DNA from: Octopus sinensis
Taxonomy: Eukaryota
Reading direction: 5' to 3'
Assembly (NCBI RefSeq): GCF_006345805.1
Contig: NC_043012.1
Coordinates: forward strand, 58,342,001 to 58,406,000
Length of the DNA stretch: 64,000 nucleotides
In this document: piece by piece, positions 1 through 11,170 of the stretch
Position numbering within the stretch: the first letter of the stretch is position 1
Layout of the letters: each line of letters starts with the position of its first letter
The notes under the pieces: model-generated
Database searches by the model: none
Told to the model about the DNA's origin: nothing
Seen by the model: only the letters and a program-made list of their open reading frames with translations
Position numbers and translations under genes: made by a program

Positions 1-31
<31 letters not shown>

Positions 32-33
<2 letters not shown>

Positions 34-289
34 GCTCAGGAGTGGCTGTGTGGTAAGTAACTTGCTACCCAACCAGATGGTTCCGGGTTCAGTCCCACTG
101 CGTGGCATCTTGGGAAGTGTCTTCCGCTAGCCCCGGGCCAACCAATGCCTTATGAGTGGATTTGGTAGACGGAAACTTAAAGAAGCCTGTCGTATATATG
201 TATATATATGTATATTTATATAATACATATCTGTGTGTATACACGCATATATACATACGTAACTTACATATCTACCTCTCTCTCTCTTC

Positions 290-327
<38 letters not shown>

Positions 328-720
328 CTCAGGAGTGGCTGTGTGGTAAGTAACTTGCTACCCAACCAGATGGTTCCGGGTTCAGTCCCACTGCGTGGCA
401 TCTTGGGCAAGTGTCTTCCGCTATAGCCCCGGGCCAACCAATGCCTTATGAGTGGATTTGGTAGACGGAAACTTAAAGAAGCCTGTCGTATATATGTATA
501 TATATGTATGTGTGTGTATGTGTGTCTGTGTGTCTGTCTTTGTCCTCCTAGCATTGCTTGACAACCGATGCTGGTGTGTTTACGTCCCCGTAACTTAGCG
601 GTTCGGCAAAAGAGACCGATAGAATAAGTCTCGGTTTCGATTTGCTCGACTAATGGCGGTGCTCCAGCATGGCCGCAGTCAAACGACTGAAACAAGTAAA
701 AGAGTAAAAGAGTAAAAGAG
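32..720 (+). mobile_element. SINE family A (tRNA-derived head, CORE-like segment, internal microsatellite, stem-loop tail), head duplicated in tandem
   Basis: A-box-like TGGCTGTGTGG, B-box-like GGTTCAGTCCC, CTTGGGCAAGT. Head at 32-192 is repeated at 324-490. Tail CATGGCCGCAGTC-AAAC-GACTGAAAC followed by (GTAAAAGA)n. Many further copies in the window. Confidence 0.9.
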
Positions 721-737
721 TATATATATAATATATA

Positions 738-1637
738 TAAAACTTAGATAAAACTTAGATATGTTTCGACCAGAGATTGGTCCAGGCCATGTCTAACTTA
801 ATAGCACCACCTGATAGGATTATTCGAATCCTGTTTAAGTCAAGTTTTGTTCAAGTAGTGAGTTCTTGTTGGGTGAGTTGTATCCAGTTTTGTTCAAGTA
901 GTGAGTTCCTGTTGGGTGAGTTGTATCCAATTATGGGTGGCTTATCTGATATTCTTTGAAGGAATCTATCCAGACTCTGTTTAAAGTTGATGGGATCCTT
1001 TTCCTCTTTGATCTCCCTGGGACAATGTTAAATAGGGCAGGGCCTGTTGAGGAAAAGAAATAATGTTGCAGTTACATGTATGTTGTGATCTTGAATTTGG
1101 CAGGGGACGTATAGCCCGTGGTCCAAGTCTTGGATGAACCTTGAAGCTAATGTTTAGGTCGTTTGGGCAAAGTTGGCGGTATATTTTTCACATCGTACAA
1201 ATGATGTAGCCGCTCACGGCGACGCTGGAGGGAGAAGTTTCAAGGCTTTAAGGCGATCCCAATAATCGAGAGCAGCCATGCCTTCAATTTGTTTAGTGAG
1301 AGCCCTCTGGGGTGACTCAATTCTGGAGATGTTTTTGTCTTGTGTGAGGAGACCACAGTGGCAGCAGTATTCAAGGTGTGGCCGTACAAAGGAGAAAAAA
1401 GTGGTATGATGACACCTTGTTCTCTGGACCGGAAAGTTCTTAAGATCCAGGAACTCATCCTACGAGCTATATCGACCTTCTTGTTGATGTGTGCACTCCA
1501 ACTGGGATCGTCATCAACAATTACACCCAGGTCTCTGATATTGTTAGAGGCTGTGAGCGGTTCCCCTGAAGGAAGAGAGTATGGTTGTTTTAGTGAGGAA
1601 TTTCTTCCAAAATGCATCAGCTCAAATTTTCCCTCGA
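738..1637 (-). mobile_element. 5'-truncated CR1/L2-like LINE (C-terminal RT region and 3' UTR), degenerate
   Basis: ORF 1240-1617 reads IRDLGVIVDDDPSWSAHINKKVDIARRMSSWILRTF, typical post-RT CR1-group sequence, with frameshifts. 3' stem-loop GACCA-ATCTC-TGGTC and tandem tail (ATCTAAGTTTT)x2. Confidence 0.85.
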
Positions 1638-1843
1638 ATATATATATATATATATATATATTATATAGATAAGAAAGTTTGTTTGGTAAAGCACGTGGGT
1701 GAATATATAAGAAAATAGTAAAGTGTGAAAAAACGACAGAAGGCTTAAATGTTAAAAAATATATATATTTGTGTCAAAATGTCTGGAGAATATTGAAAAA
1801 AATTTTTTTTCCTTTCCTTAAAATGACATAATTTAAAATTTTT

Positions 1844-1883
1844 AAGAAATTACCGGTTTCGCGTGTAGCTTTTCAAATTTCTT
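1844..1883 (-). ncRNA. Minimal type I hammerhead ribozyme, U3-A8 variant core
   Basis: AAGAAAT-TTGAAAA-GC tacac GC-GAAA-CCGG-TA-ATTTCTT. 7-bp helix I, palindromic helix III. Confidence 0.8.
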
Positions 1884-2018
1884 GTGACGTTATGTTTATA
1901 TTGCATGGAGTTATCGTTGTTTTTTTTTCCAGGAGATTTCTAATAAGGGGAGGTAGTGAGTGATTTCTTTCGGTGTAGGGGAGATAATCGCTTAAAACTT
2001 TTTTTTCCCTTTTCCTTG

Positions 2019-2471
2019 TTAATTTCTCTGTGTCAGTATGTTCGGATGGTTGAGTCTGTGTTTGTACTTTTCAATGAAGAATGTTTCCTTGTTCAGTCTC
2101 ATTTGTGTTGATGATCCGAAAGCACATTGGTAAAATGGGAAGATTAAAAATTGTGGCAGTAGTTGCTTTGCGCATTTCTCAATGTGCTCACTAAAAGGTA
2201 TCATTCTATATTCTGGGAATGCAATCTGTTGTCGATGCAGTGTGCATCTACGCCTGAGTGATAGTCCCGTGGAACCTACGTAGTCTTGGTGGCAGCCCGA
2301 GCATTTAATAACATAAATTATGTTTTCAGAGGCACAAGTCAAGTTAGATTTGATCTTAAATTTCTGTCCCTCTTTAAAGAAGAATTCTGATCCTTCCAAT
2401 AGGTTAGGACATGTTGCACAGTTCGATCTACCACATATTTTTACTTTTGCATCCGTAATTTTAGAAGACAA
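2019..2471 (-). pseudogene. GIY-YIG endonuclease domain of a 5'-truncated PLE ORF
   Basis: Motifs IIYVIKCSGCHQDYVGSTG and RLNKETFFIEKY. No RT core and no true start codon. Confidence 0.88.
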
Positions 2472-2730
2472 TTTTGCCTTTGTGAGAATCTTTTTAAGAG
2501 ATTTAGGCTGTTTGTAGCTTTTAATGATTTGGTGTATGTTTAGAATTTCCTTTAATTTTGGGTTTTTATGAAGTATTGGTAAATTCTGGGTGATGATGGT
2601 GAAGGCGTCTTTGTTTCTGGGGTTGTATGTAGATATGTAAGGTAGAATTTTCGGGGAAGGTGTGTTGTTGTGTTGAACTTTTCTTAAAGTTTCTATGTTG
2701 ATTTCTGTTCTATGTTGATTTCTGATTTCT

Positions 2731-3455
2731 GATCGAACTGTGCAACATGTCCTAACCTATTGGAAGGATCAGAATTCTTCTTTAAAGAGGGACAGAAATT
2801 TAAGATCAAATCTAACTTTACTTGTGCCTCTGAAAACATAATTTATGTTATTAAATGCTCGGGCTGCCACCAAGACTACGTGGGTTCCACGGGACTATCA
2901 CTCAGGCGTAGATGCACACTGCATCGACAACAGATTGCATTCCCAGAATATAGAATGATACCTTTTAGTGAGCACATTGAGAATGTGCAAAGCAACTACT
3001 GCCACAATTTTTAATCTTCCCATTTTACCAATGTGCTTTCGGATCATCAACACAAATGAGACTGAACAAGGAAACATTCTTCATTGAAAAGTACAAACCC
3101 AGACTCAACCATCCGAATATACTGACACAGAGAAATTAACAAGGAAAAGGGAAAAAAAAAATTTTTAAGTGATTATCTCCCCTACACCGGAAGAAATCAC
3201 TCACTACCTCCCCTTATTTAGAAATCTCCTGGAAATAAAAACAACGATAACTCCATGCAATATAAACATAACGTTACAAGAAATGTGAAAAGCTACACGC
3301 GAAACCGGTAATTTCTTTAAAAATTTTAAAATTATGTCATTTTAAGGAAAGGAAAAAGAATTTTTCCAATATTCTCCAGACATTTTGACACAAATATATA
3401 TATTTTTTAACATTAAGCCTCTGTCGTTTTTTTTCACACTTTACTATTTTCTTAT
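2731..3455 (+). mobile_element. Inverted duplicate of the PLE 3' end (GIY-YIG and pLTR)
   Basis: Near-identical reverse complement of about 1700-2428. ORF 2760-3014 is frameshifted. Confidence 0.9.
3278..3317 (+). ncRNA. Hammerhead motif, damaged core (GTGAAAA)
   Basis: Same as 1844-1883, but the first core base is T>G. Confidence 0.65.
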
Positions 3456-3490
3456 ATATATATAATAATATATATATATATATATATATA

Positions 3491-3537
<47 letters not shown>

Positions 3538-3545
3538 TTATTATT

Positions 3546-3576
<31 letters not shown>

Positions 3577-4376
3577 ATATATATATATATATTATATATA
3601 TATATATATATATAACAAAATAGGACTTGTAAAATTTATTAATGTCATTTATTCACCATCACACATGTCTAGTTTGGTAAAAGAAATTACAGAGGTTTAA
3701 AAGTTCAACAGACATTAAAATTTGAAATATCGTATTGGAAATTCTTCAGACAGAGAAATTAAATATTATTATTTGATATACATACTATGTAATATTTAAC
3801 GTATACATATATATACATACACGGTGCCTATAGCAAACTGATGAACTAGATTTCTTTATATGCATTAATTTCACAATACATATTTGTATTCTATAAAGCT
3901 AAGCATACATACTAACGCAAACATATGGGTATAGCTTCTTGCATTTAGTTTACCGATATTAATACTGCACGTTAAAGGTTTCGAAACAGCTGTAACTTTA
4001 TGGACGTAATGTGGTTAAGTAAATATATATCCACTATATATGAGTGTGTGTGTGTGTGTGTGTATACATATATACATACATACATATATATATATATATA
4101 AACTAAACAGAATTCGTCTATATGTTATAATGATGTTTGTTAGATATGTAACAGAAATGAGTAAGCTGGCAGTTAATGCCAAAGGAGATAACTAGGTTAA
4201 TATAGTTTAATATATTATATATATATATAATATATAATTAAAATGAGGGTGTCTAAGAACACCAACATGCCGAAATAGCAGTCGAAACTCTGACTATAAA
4301 AACCACGTTAAGGGTTCGTGTCGCACCATGAGATAAGACAGATAGACAAAATATACAAGCAAAAATTATTGAATAA

Positions 4377-4433
4377 TTCAAGATCCAGGATTTCTGGTTT
4401 TGCTTTAAATAAGCTTTACCGTCATCGGTTGAA
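4377..4433 (-). ncRNA. Type I hammerhead, CCGAUGA core (array copy 1)
   Basis: TTCAA-CCGATGA-c-GGT..GCTT..AAGC..ACC-a-GAAA-TCCtGGA-TC-TTGAA. Confidence 0.72.
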
Positions 4434-4853
4434 TATATCAAGAGTACATAAATACAGATATATACATGCAGAACAAACGATATACTTACATTACGAACGT
4501 CCATACATAAATACATATGCACGTATGCACGCGGCCAGTTAAATTACCCGCCGAATCATCCCAAAGTACGACACGGTTAAAATAACACCGCAGTGAAAAT
4601 AATAACGAATTATATATATTTATATATGAGGATAATATCGATATTTAAGTATCCATATTATCTAGTGGTCAGCATGGGAAAAATACCGTACAAAGGTAAT
4701 AATTTTTAACAATTAAAAATGAGGGTGTCTAAGAGACACCAACATGCCGAAATAGCAGTCGAAACTCTGACTATAAAAACCACGTTAAGGGTTCGTGTCG
4801 CACCATGAGATAAGACAGATAGACAAAATATACAAGCAAAAATTATTGAATAA

Positions 4854-4910
4854 TTCAAGATCCAGGATTTCTGGTTTTGCTTTAAATAAGCTTTACCGTC
4901 ATCGGTTGAA
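4854..4910 (-). ncRNA. Type I hammerhead, CCGAUGA core (array copy 2)
   Basis: Identical motif 477 bp from copy 1. Confidence 0.72.
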
Positions 4911-5132
4911 TATATCAAGAGTACATAAATACAGAATATACATGCAGAACAAACGATATACTTACATATACGAACGTCCATACATAAATACATATGCACG
5001 TATGCACGCGGCCAGTTAAATTACCCGCCGAACGCGTGCATACGTGCATATGTATTTATGTATGGACGTTCGTATATGTAAGTATATCGTTTGTTCTGCA
5101 TGTATATATCTGTATTTATGTACTCTGATATA

Positions 5133-5189
5133 TTCAACCGATGACGGTAAAGCTTATTTAAAGCAAAACCAGAAATCCTGGATCTTGAA
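5133..5189 (+). ncRNA. Type I hammerhead, CCGAUGA core (array copy 3)
   Basis: ttcaaCCGATGAcggtaaagcttatttaaagcaaaaccaGAAAtcctggaTCttgaa. Confidence 0.72.
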
Positions 5190-5610
5190 TTATTCAATAA
5201 TTTTTGCTTGTAATTTTGTCTATCTGTCTATCTCATGGTGGCGACACGAACCCTTAACGTGGTTTTTATAGTCAGAGTTTCGACTGCTATTTCGGCATGT
5301 TGGTGTCTCTTAGACACCCTCATTTTTAATTGTTAAAAATTATTACCTTTGTACGGTATTTTTCCCATGCTGGCCACTAGATAATATGGATACTTAATAT
5401 CGATATTATCCTCATATATAAATATATATATAATTCGATATTATTTTCACTGCGGGTTTATTTTAACCGTGTCGTACTTTGGGATGATTCGGCGGGTAAT
5501 TTAACTGGCCGCGTGCATACGTGCATATGTATTTATGTATGGACGTTCGTATATGTAAGTATATCGTTTGTTCTGCATGTATATATCTGTATTTATGTAC
5601 TCTTGATATA

Positions 5611-5666
5611 TTCAACCGATGACGGTAAAGCTATTTAAAGCAAAACAGAAAATCCTGGATCTTGAA
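5611..5666 (+). ncRNA. Type I hammerhead (array copy 4, indels around helix II)
   Basis: Same motif with single-base indels. Confidence 0.6.
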
Positions 5667-6997
5667 TTATTCAATAATTTTTGCTTGTATATTTTGTCTA
5701 TCTGTCTTATCTCATGGTGCGACACGAACCCTTAACGTGGTTTTTATAGTCAGAGTTTCGACTGCTATTTCGGCATGTTGGTGTCTCTTAGACACCCTCA
5801 TTTTTAATTGTTAAAAAATATTACCTTTGTACGTATTTTTCCCATGCTGCCACTAGATAATATGGATACTTAAATATCGATATTATCCTCATATATAAAT
5901 ATATATATATAATATCATATATATATATAGATATATATATATATATATATATACATATGAATAACACAATACTAAAGTTTCATTTATATAATTAATAAAT
6001 GAAATATAAAACGACAACGTAAAATACCATAAATAATAAAATAGAATTTTATTGTATTCTATAATTTATGCATATCTTCCCTATTTTCAAAGAGCGGTGG
6101 AAAGTATTTAGAGATTAAACAGATAGAATTCAGAGAAAATTAACGAAAGCCTAAATTTTGCAAGGAAATTCGTCTGAAGAATTTTAATATTGAAAGTGAA
6201 CTCAAGAATCTGAATTGAAATAGCCGTCGGCATGGGCTTAGAATTAATTACAGAATGAAATCTGATTGTGTTTCTTAAAATTTCATATTCTTGAAAACGA
6301 AAGTCTGAAAATAAACTCTTATCTAGACTGTTTGTTATTTTCTGGTTTAATATTTTCATTTTGAGCTGTCGAAATACAAGGAAAATTTTATCATTTAATA
6401 TGCATATTAATTAATTAAACTTTTCACAGTTTTACTTCATTGCAACAGAATTTGGTAACTGAAAGATAATAGAGAAATTGTTATATTTTGAAGATGGGAA
6501 AACTGCTGAAATAATTGAAGCTGTAGAGCAGCGTATTGAATACCTTGTCGTATCTAGGTCCATGTTTTTTTTATGTGTTTTATTTCAGTTCTACTGGGAT
6601 CCTCTGTATCTTCCATTTCGTCTGGGTACTATGATTATCTTTCTATCTTTCTCTGTTGTTGTTTGTTGTTAGTCCGCTGTCTACTTTCGTAATCATTTCT
6701 CTGCCGCCATCCACATCTGATTCCCTTGAAAGTGTAGATATGCATAATCAAAACAGCTGCTTGCAAAAGTCTGTTTTTTCATTCTTTAAAGAAGTTCTAT
6801 ATTTGCAACTAATTAATTCATCTGTCAGTAAGTAGCAACTCTTTTTCACCAACAAGAATCGACTAAGACGGAAACGTTGTGATACCTGCAATGTCTGGCC
6901 GAAAGTGTTTAGCGATTCCAAGCAAAAATATTTTCCGCTTTATTCTACCACAGATTTTCTTCTGGAGATTTCTCTCTCAATCTTATGACTAAGCAAA

Positions 6998-7372
6998 CTT
7001 TGGTCGGCCCGAGGCTATAGTAGAAGACACTTGCCCAAGGATTGAACCCGGAACCATATGGTTGGTGAGCAAGCTACTTACCGTAATTACTGTGCTGGGT
7101 TGGAGAATTATTTACAGAATTGATTTGTGTCTCGGAAGAAGCTGCAAGAACAGGACAAATAATAACTAATCAATGAAAATGAAACGTATATCATCAAAGA
7201 ATGTATCTTTTATTCTTTTACTTGTTTCAGTCATTAGATTGTGGCCATGCTGGGACACCACCTTGAAGGAATTTTAGTCGAGAGAATCGATCCCAGCATT
7301 TTTCTTTTTCAAGCCTGGTATTTATTCTATCGATCGCTTTTGCTGAGCCGCTATGTTACGGGGGACGTACAC
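6998..7372 (-). mobile_element. Two SINE-A fragments (head 6998-7083, tail 7205-7372)
   Basis: Similarity to full SINE-A copies. Confidence 0.75.
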
Positions 7373-7627
7373 ACATATTTATATATGATGTTGAGGTATA
7401 TTCGATAACGGTTACTGTTTCTTTGATGTCTGATTTGGGAAAAATACCAGGAGTGGGGGTGGAGAGGCATAGAAATTTAGATAATTAAAAAATTCCAAGC
7501 ATTCTTCCTCCTTTTTTATTCCAGCGCATACATACAAACTAGTGTATGCAATTTATATAGGGTGAGTTGTCTCTAGCTGACCATCGTACATGAAGACGCA
7601 ATTCACGAGGCAACATAATAGGATTTT

Positions 7628-7710
<83 letters not shown>

Positions 7711-7809
7711 CATATATACATACATACATTCATACATACATACATACATACATACATTCATACACACATAGATTTGATATATATATATATATATATATAT
7801 ATGCATATA

Positions 7810-8005
7810 TTTCACTACCATAAGCGAAATAGTTAGTTTTGACTGCTATTTCTAAATTTCGGTATGTTGTGAACGCTAATTGTAATTATACTAATAATTA
7901 CAGAATTTTTGTATAAGTTTACCGATAATGGTTCTTTTAACATACCGAACTACTTGGTAAAATTATTAATAATTAATTAATTAATTAATTAATTTTACCC
8001 CTTAT
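7810..8005. mobile_element. Degenerate PLE pLTR-type remnant in (TA)n
   Basis: 7925-8002 resembles the reverse complement of 54490-54552. Shares the CTGCTATTTC motif with the 4.2-5.9 kb and 54 kb elements. Confidence 0.55.
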
Positions 8006-8037
<32 letters not shown>

Positions 8038-8704
8038 ATATAGCACGAGACAATGGTTTTACTATGCAAGGCAGTGCGGTTTATCAACTTGAAACATTAC
8101 ATCACCATACAGCATAAGATATATGTATTAGCAAATTTATCAGACCGTAGTCCATTGTTTAACACAAATCTGTTAACTTCTAAATACAATAGAGACCTAT
8201 ATCCCGAAAATGAGATTACACGGATACAAATGTTTGTTGGATCAGTTTCTAGTGGGGTTGGGATAAAATGCATTTTATTGTGAGCTCGAATCCTATGAAA
8301 TTATCTATTATATCTTTAACCTCACGCTGGTTATTTTTGTGTTTTCCATGGTCAGCCCGTATCAATCTGTCATAAAATTAAAGGCATCTGAGCCATGAAA
8401 AATCAGTCTATTTTCAACAATTAAAAAAAATATTGGACTACATTATCCAATGTCTTTTTTTAATAGGAGAATTGGCTACTATTTTTAACAGGTTGAAAGA
8501 CCATATGGAGAAACTTTACTGCGAAGTAAATATCATATAAGAGAACATATGGAGAATCTTTACTGTCGTTTAAGATATCTGTCTAAATATGCATGTCCAA
8601 GGCTGTCTGATTGGTGAATCATATATCACTGTGTCTCAAGCATATCTCATTGAATTATGGTGCTATTGTAAGTTTCTACAGGGTGAAATAAAGCCTGACT
8701 GAAC

Positions 8705-8945
8705 ATGAGTTTGCCTTAAGAAGAAAGAATGGAATGGTACTCAGAAAACGCGTGGGATGGTCATATCGACAGATAGCAGATGCTATCAATGCACATCATC
8801 CCAGAGAGACCATCATTGTCTTTCGCACAATCCTACATATCTTTCTCACAGGTAGTGTCTTGGAGAAACCGCGTTGCGGACGACCAAGTTTTACGGGTGA
8901 AAAGAAAGATATCGTGGCTAAGATATTTGCTAAACTATGTATTCA
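8705..8945 (+). pseudogene. Tc1/mariner transposase N-terminal HTH remnant
   Basis: GWSYRQIADAINAHHP...TGSVLEKPRCGRPS, with a stop and frameshift near the start. Confidence 0.75.
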
Positions 8946-9581
8946 AATTTTACAGTCACCGTGTATATTTTGAAAATGAAGGTTAGATGTTTACTTTAAG
9001 AAGTTTCAAGTCCTCTGGCTACACTATTTCATCAGAAAAAGTGTCATTCAGATAAATACTGAAATAGTAATACGAGCGGTGAAAAATGAAATACCACTGT
9101 AAAGTCAAATTTAATATATGCTAACACGTTTATATTAATTCAGTCAGTTACGACAAGAAAGATGCCTCCAGCGCTTTGTGTTTCATTATAATAAAGACTG
9201 AAAGAAAGAAAAGAAATAAAACCACAAACTTGGTTTAGTAGCAAATTAAAATGTGCGAATTTATTTGCCAGATAAAGTTATCCGTGTTTCGTTGAGTTGC
9301 TGAATGTCAGATATGAAATCAACCAGATTTTTTCTCTTTTTGATTTTCTTTGGTTTTTTTCTTTTCTCTCTTTTCTTTTTAGTCTTTCAAATTTATTTCA
9401 GTTTAGATTTTATTGAATAGACCCACCATCAAAGATTTTTGGTCGTGACCACCCAGTTTTTAGGGACTTTTTATTTCGCAATTTGTCTAATGCATTAGTT
9501 CCCATGGCTCACTTTAATTCCTATTTCGCTCAGGTGGTCCCGCGTAATCATTTCATGCTTAAGAAATTCTACAGTAATTTT

Positions 9582-10008
9582 ATACTCTTTTACTTGTTTC
9601 AGTCATTTGACTGTGACTATGCTGGAGCATCGCCTTTAGTCGAACAAATCGATCCCAGGACTTATTTTTGTAAGCCTAGTACTTATTGTATCGGTCTCTC
9701 TTGCCGAACTGCTAAGTTACGGGGACGTAAACACACCAGCATCGGTTGTCAAGCGATGTTGGGGAAGGGGGCAAACACAGACACACAAACACACACACAC
9801 ACACATACATACGCACACACATATATACATATATATTCACATATATACGACGGGTTTCTTTCAGTTTCCGTCTACCAAATCCACTGACAAGGCTTTGGTC
9901 AACCCGAGGCTTAGTAGAAGCCACTTGCCCAAGGTGCCACGCAGTGGGACTGAACTCGGAACCATATCGCTCGTAAGCAAGCTACTTACTACACAGCCAC
10001 TCCTACGC
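9582..10008 (-). mobile_element. SINE-A, full length
   Basis: Complete head, microsatellite and tail in reverse orientation. Confidence 0.9.
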
Positions 10009-10037
10009 TTAATTATAATTAAATATAATTAAGAAAG

Positions 10038-10428
10038 TAAGGCTGGCAGAATCGTTAGTATGCCGGGCACAATGATTAGTGGTATTTCGTCTGCCGCTGC
10101 GTTCTGGGTTCAAATTCCGCCGAGGTCGACTTTGCCTTTCATCCTTTCGGAGTCGATTAAATAAGTACCAGTTACGCACTGGGTCGATATTATCGACTTA
10201 ATCCGTTTGCATGTCCTTGTTTGTCCCCTCTGTGTTTAGTCCCTTCTGGGTAGTAAAGAAATAAGTATTTCGTCTGCCGTTCTGAGTTCAAATTCCGCCG
10301 AAGTCACTTTGCCTTTCATCCTTTCAGGGTCGATAAATTAACAACCAGTTGCGTATTGAGGTCGATCGAATCGACTGGTCTCCTCCCCAAAAATTTCGGG
10401 CGTTGTGTGTAGAGTAGAAAATAATATT
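10038..10428 (+). mobile_element. SINE family B, compound copy (body+tail1 followed by body+tail2)
   Basis: GCTGGCAGAATCGTTAG head, GTTCAAATTCC B-box, TTTGCCTTTCATCCTTTC..GTCGAT central domain present twice. Confidence 0.85.
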
Positions 10429-10429
10429 A

Positions 10430-10569
10430 TTAGGGGAAAGTAAAAAAAAAAATTGTTAAAATATTTTGTGCACTGTAAAAATATAACCAGTTTATTGCAC
10501 ATAATTTTTTACTACAAAATGTTATAAGGACTCCCAAAGGGCCATGTGGAGCCCGCTTGAAAACCACTG
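10430..10569. mobile_element. hAT-type MITE terminus
   Basis: Ends TTGAAAACCACTG (reverse complement CAGTGGTTTTCAA, hAT-Charlie-like TIR). Other end not seen. Confidence 0.45.
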
Positions 10570-10851
10570 GTCTAAAGTATCACAACATCTTTTCTTTCTT
10601 TTTATCTGAAGAAGACAGTGTTTGATTTTTAACTGATTGCGCTTCTAAAGTCGCTGTTCTCAACCTATTCCAGTAGTAGCCCTTTTTCTGCAAATCACCA
10701 ATCCCTACCCATACCAGCCTCGACTCACCTTTGTCACATCTGCATCACTTCCTACGTCCTTTGTCTGGCTTTGGCTCTTGACAAGATCTCACTTATCTCT
10801 TCGTGCTATTTAAATTGCTTCGAATAGTTTTAGCCATTTAATGACAATACA

Positions 10852-11085
10852 TATTTCTTTATTACCCACAAGGGGCTAAACACAGAGGGGGACAAACAAG
10901 GACAGACATAGGTATTAAGTCGATTATATCGACCCCAGTGCGTAACTGGTACTTAATTTATCGACCCCGAAAGGATGAAAGGCAAAGTCGACCTCGGCGG
11001 TGTTTGAACCCAGAACGTAACGACAGACGAAATACTGCTGAGTATTTCGCCCGGCGTGCTAACATTTCTGCCAGCTCGCCGCCTT
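10852..11085 (-). mobile_element. SINE-B, full length, directly downstream of the tRNA terminator
   Basis: Reverse complement AAGGCGGCGAGCTGGCAGAAATGTTAG...GTGGGTAATAAAGAAATA. Confidence 0.9.
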
Positions 11086-11093
11086 AAAAAAAA
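11086..11093 (-). terminator. Pol III terminator (T8)
   Basis: Run of 8 T starting 6 nt after the tRNA discriminator base. Confidence 0.8.
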
Positions 11094-11098
11094 TATTC

Positions 11099-11170
11099 TG
11101 GAGATGCCGGGGATCGAACCCGGGGCCTTTCGCATGCAAAGCGAACGCTCTACCACTGAGCTACATCCCC
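11099..11170 (-). tRNA. trnA-UGC: tRNA-Ala (anticodon TGC)
   Basis: GGGGATGTAGCTCAGTGGTAGAGCGTTCGCTTTGCATGCGAAAGGCCCCGGGTTCGATCCCCGGCATCTCCA. 72 nt, full cloverleaf, G3:U70 alanine identity pair, intact A and B boxes. Confidence 0.97.

Larger units (their letters stand above)
1668..2710 (-). mobile_element. Penelope-like element (Neptune-type) 3' fragment: linker, GIY-YIG endonuclease and pLTR
   Basis: ORF 2019-2471, open upstream to about 2705: CGRSNCATC linker, NIIYVIKCSGC...YVGSTG...R..LH...H...E..FI GIY-YIG/CCHH motifs. HHR in the 3' UTR. Flanked by (TA)n. Confidence 0.9.
4236..5897. repeat. 1.66-kb palindrome built from a 477-bp tandem unit (PLE pLTR/retrozyme-like), one HHR per unit
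   Basis: Direct repeat offset 477 bp (4377 vs 4854). Inversion centre about 5032. (TA)n on both flanks and between units. Confidence 0.9.

Noticed and set aside
264-695. Recurrent ORFs such as FCRTAKLRGRKHTSIGCQA and RLPNPLTRLWSARGYSRRHLPK
   Set aside because: They are antisense translations of SINE-A, not a gene family.
755-800. Possible hammerhead (stem-loop followed by GAAAC) on the minus strand
   Set aside because: There is no CUGANGA-like core. It is better explained as the LINE 3' stem-loop.
4253-5271. Repeated 74-97 aa ORFs in the palindromic array
   Set aside because: Indels between copies change the frames and there are no protein motifs. The conserved feature is the RNA fold.
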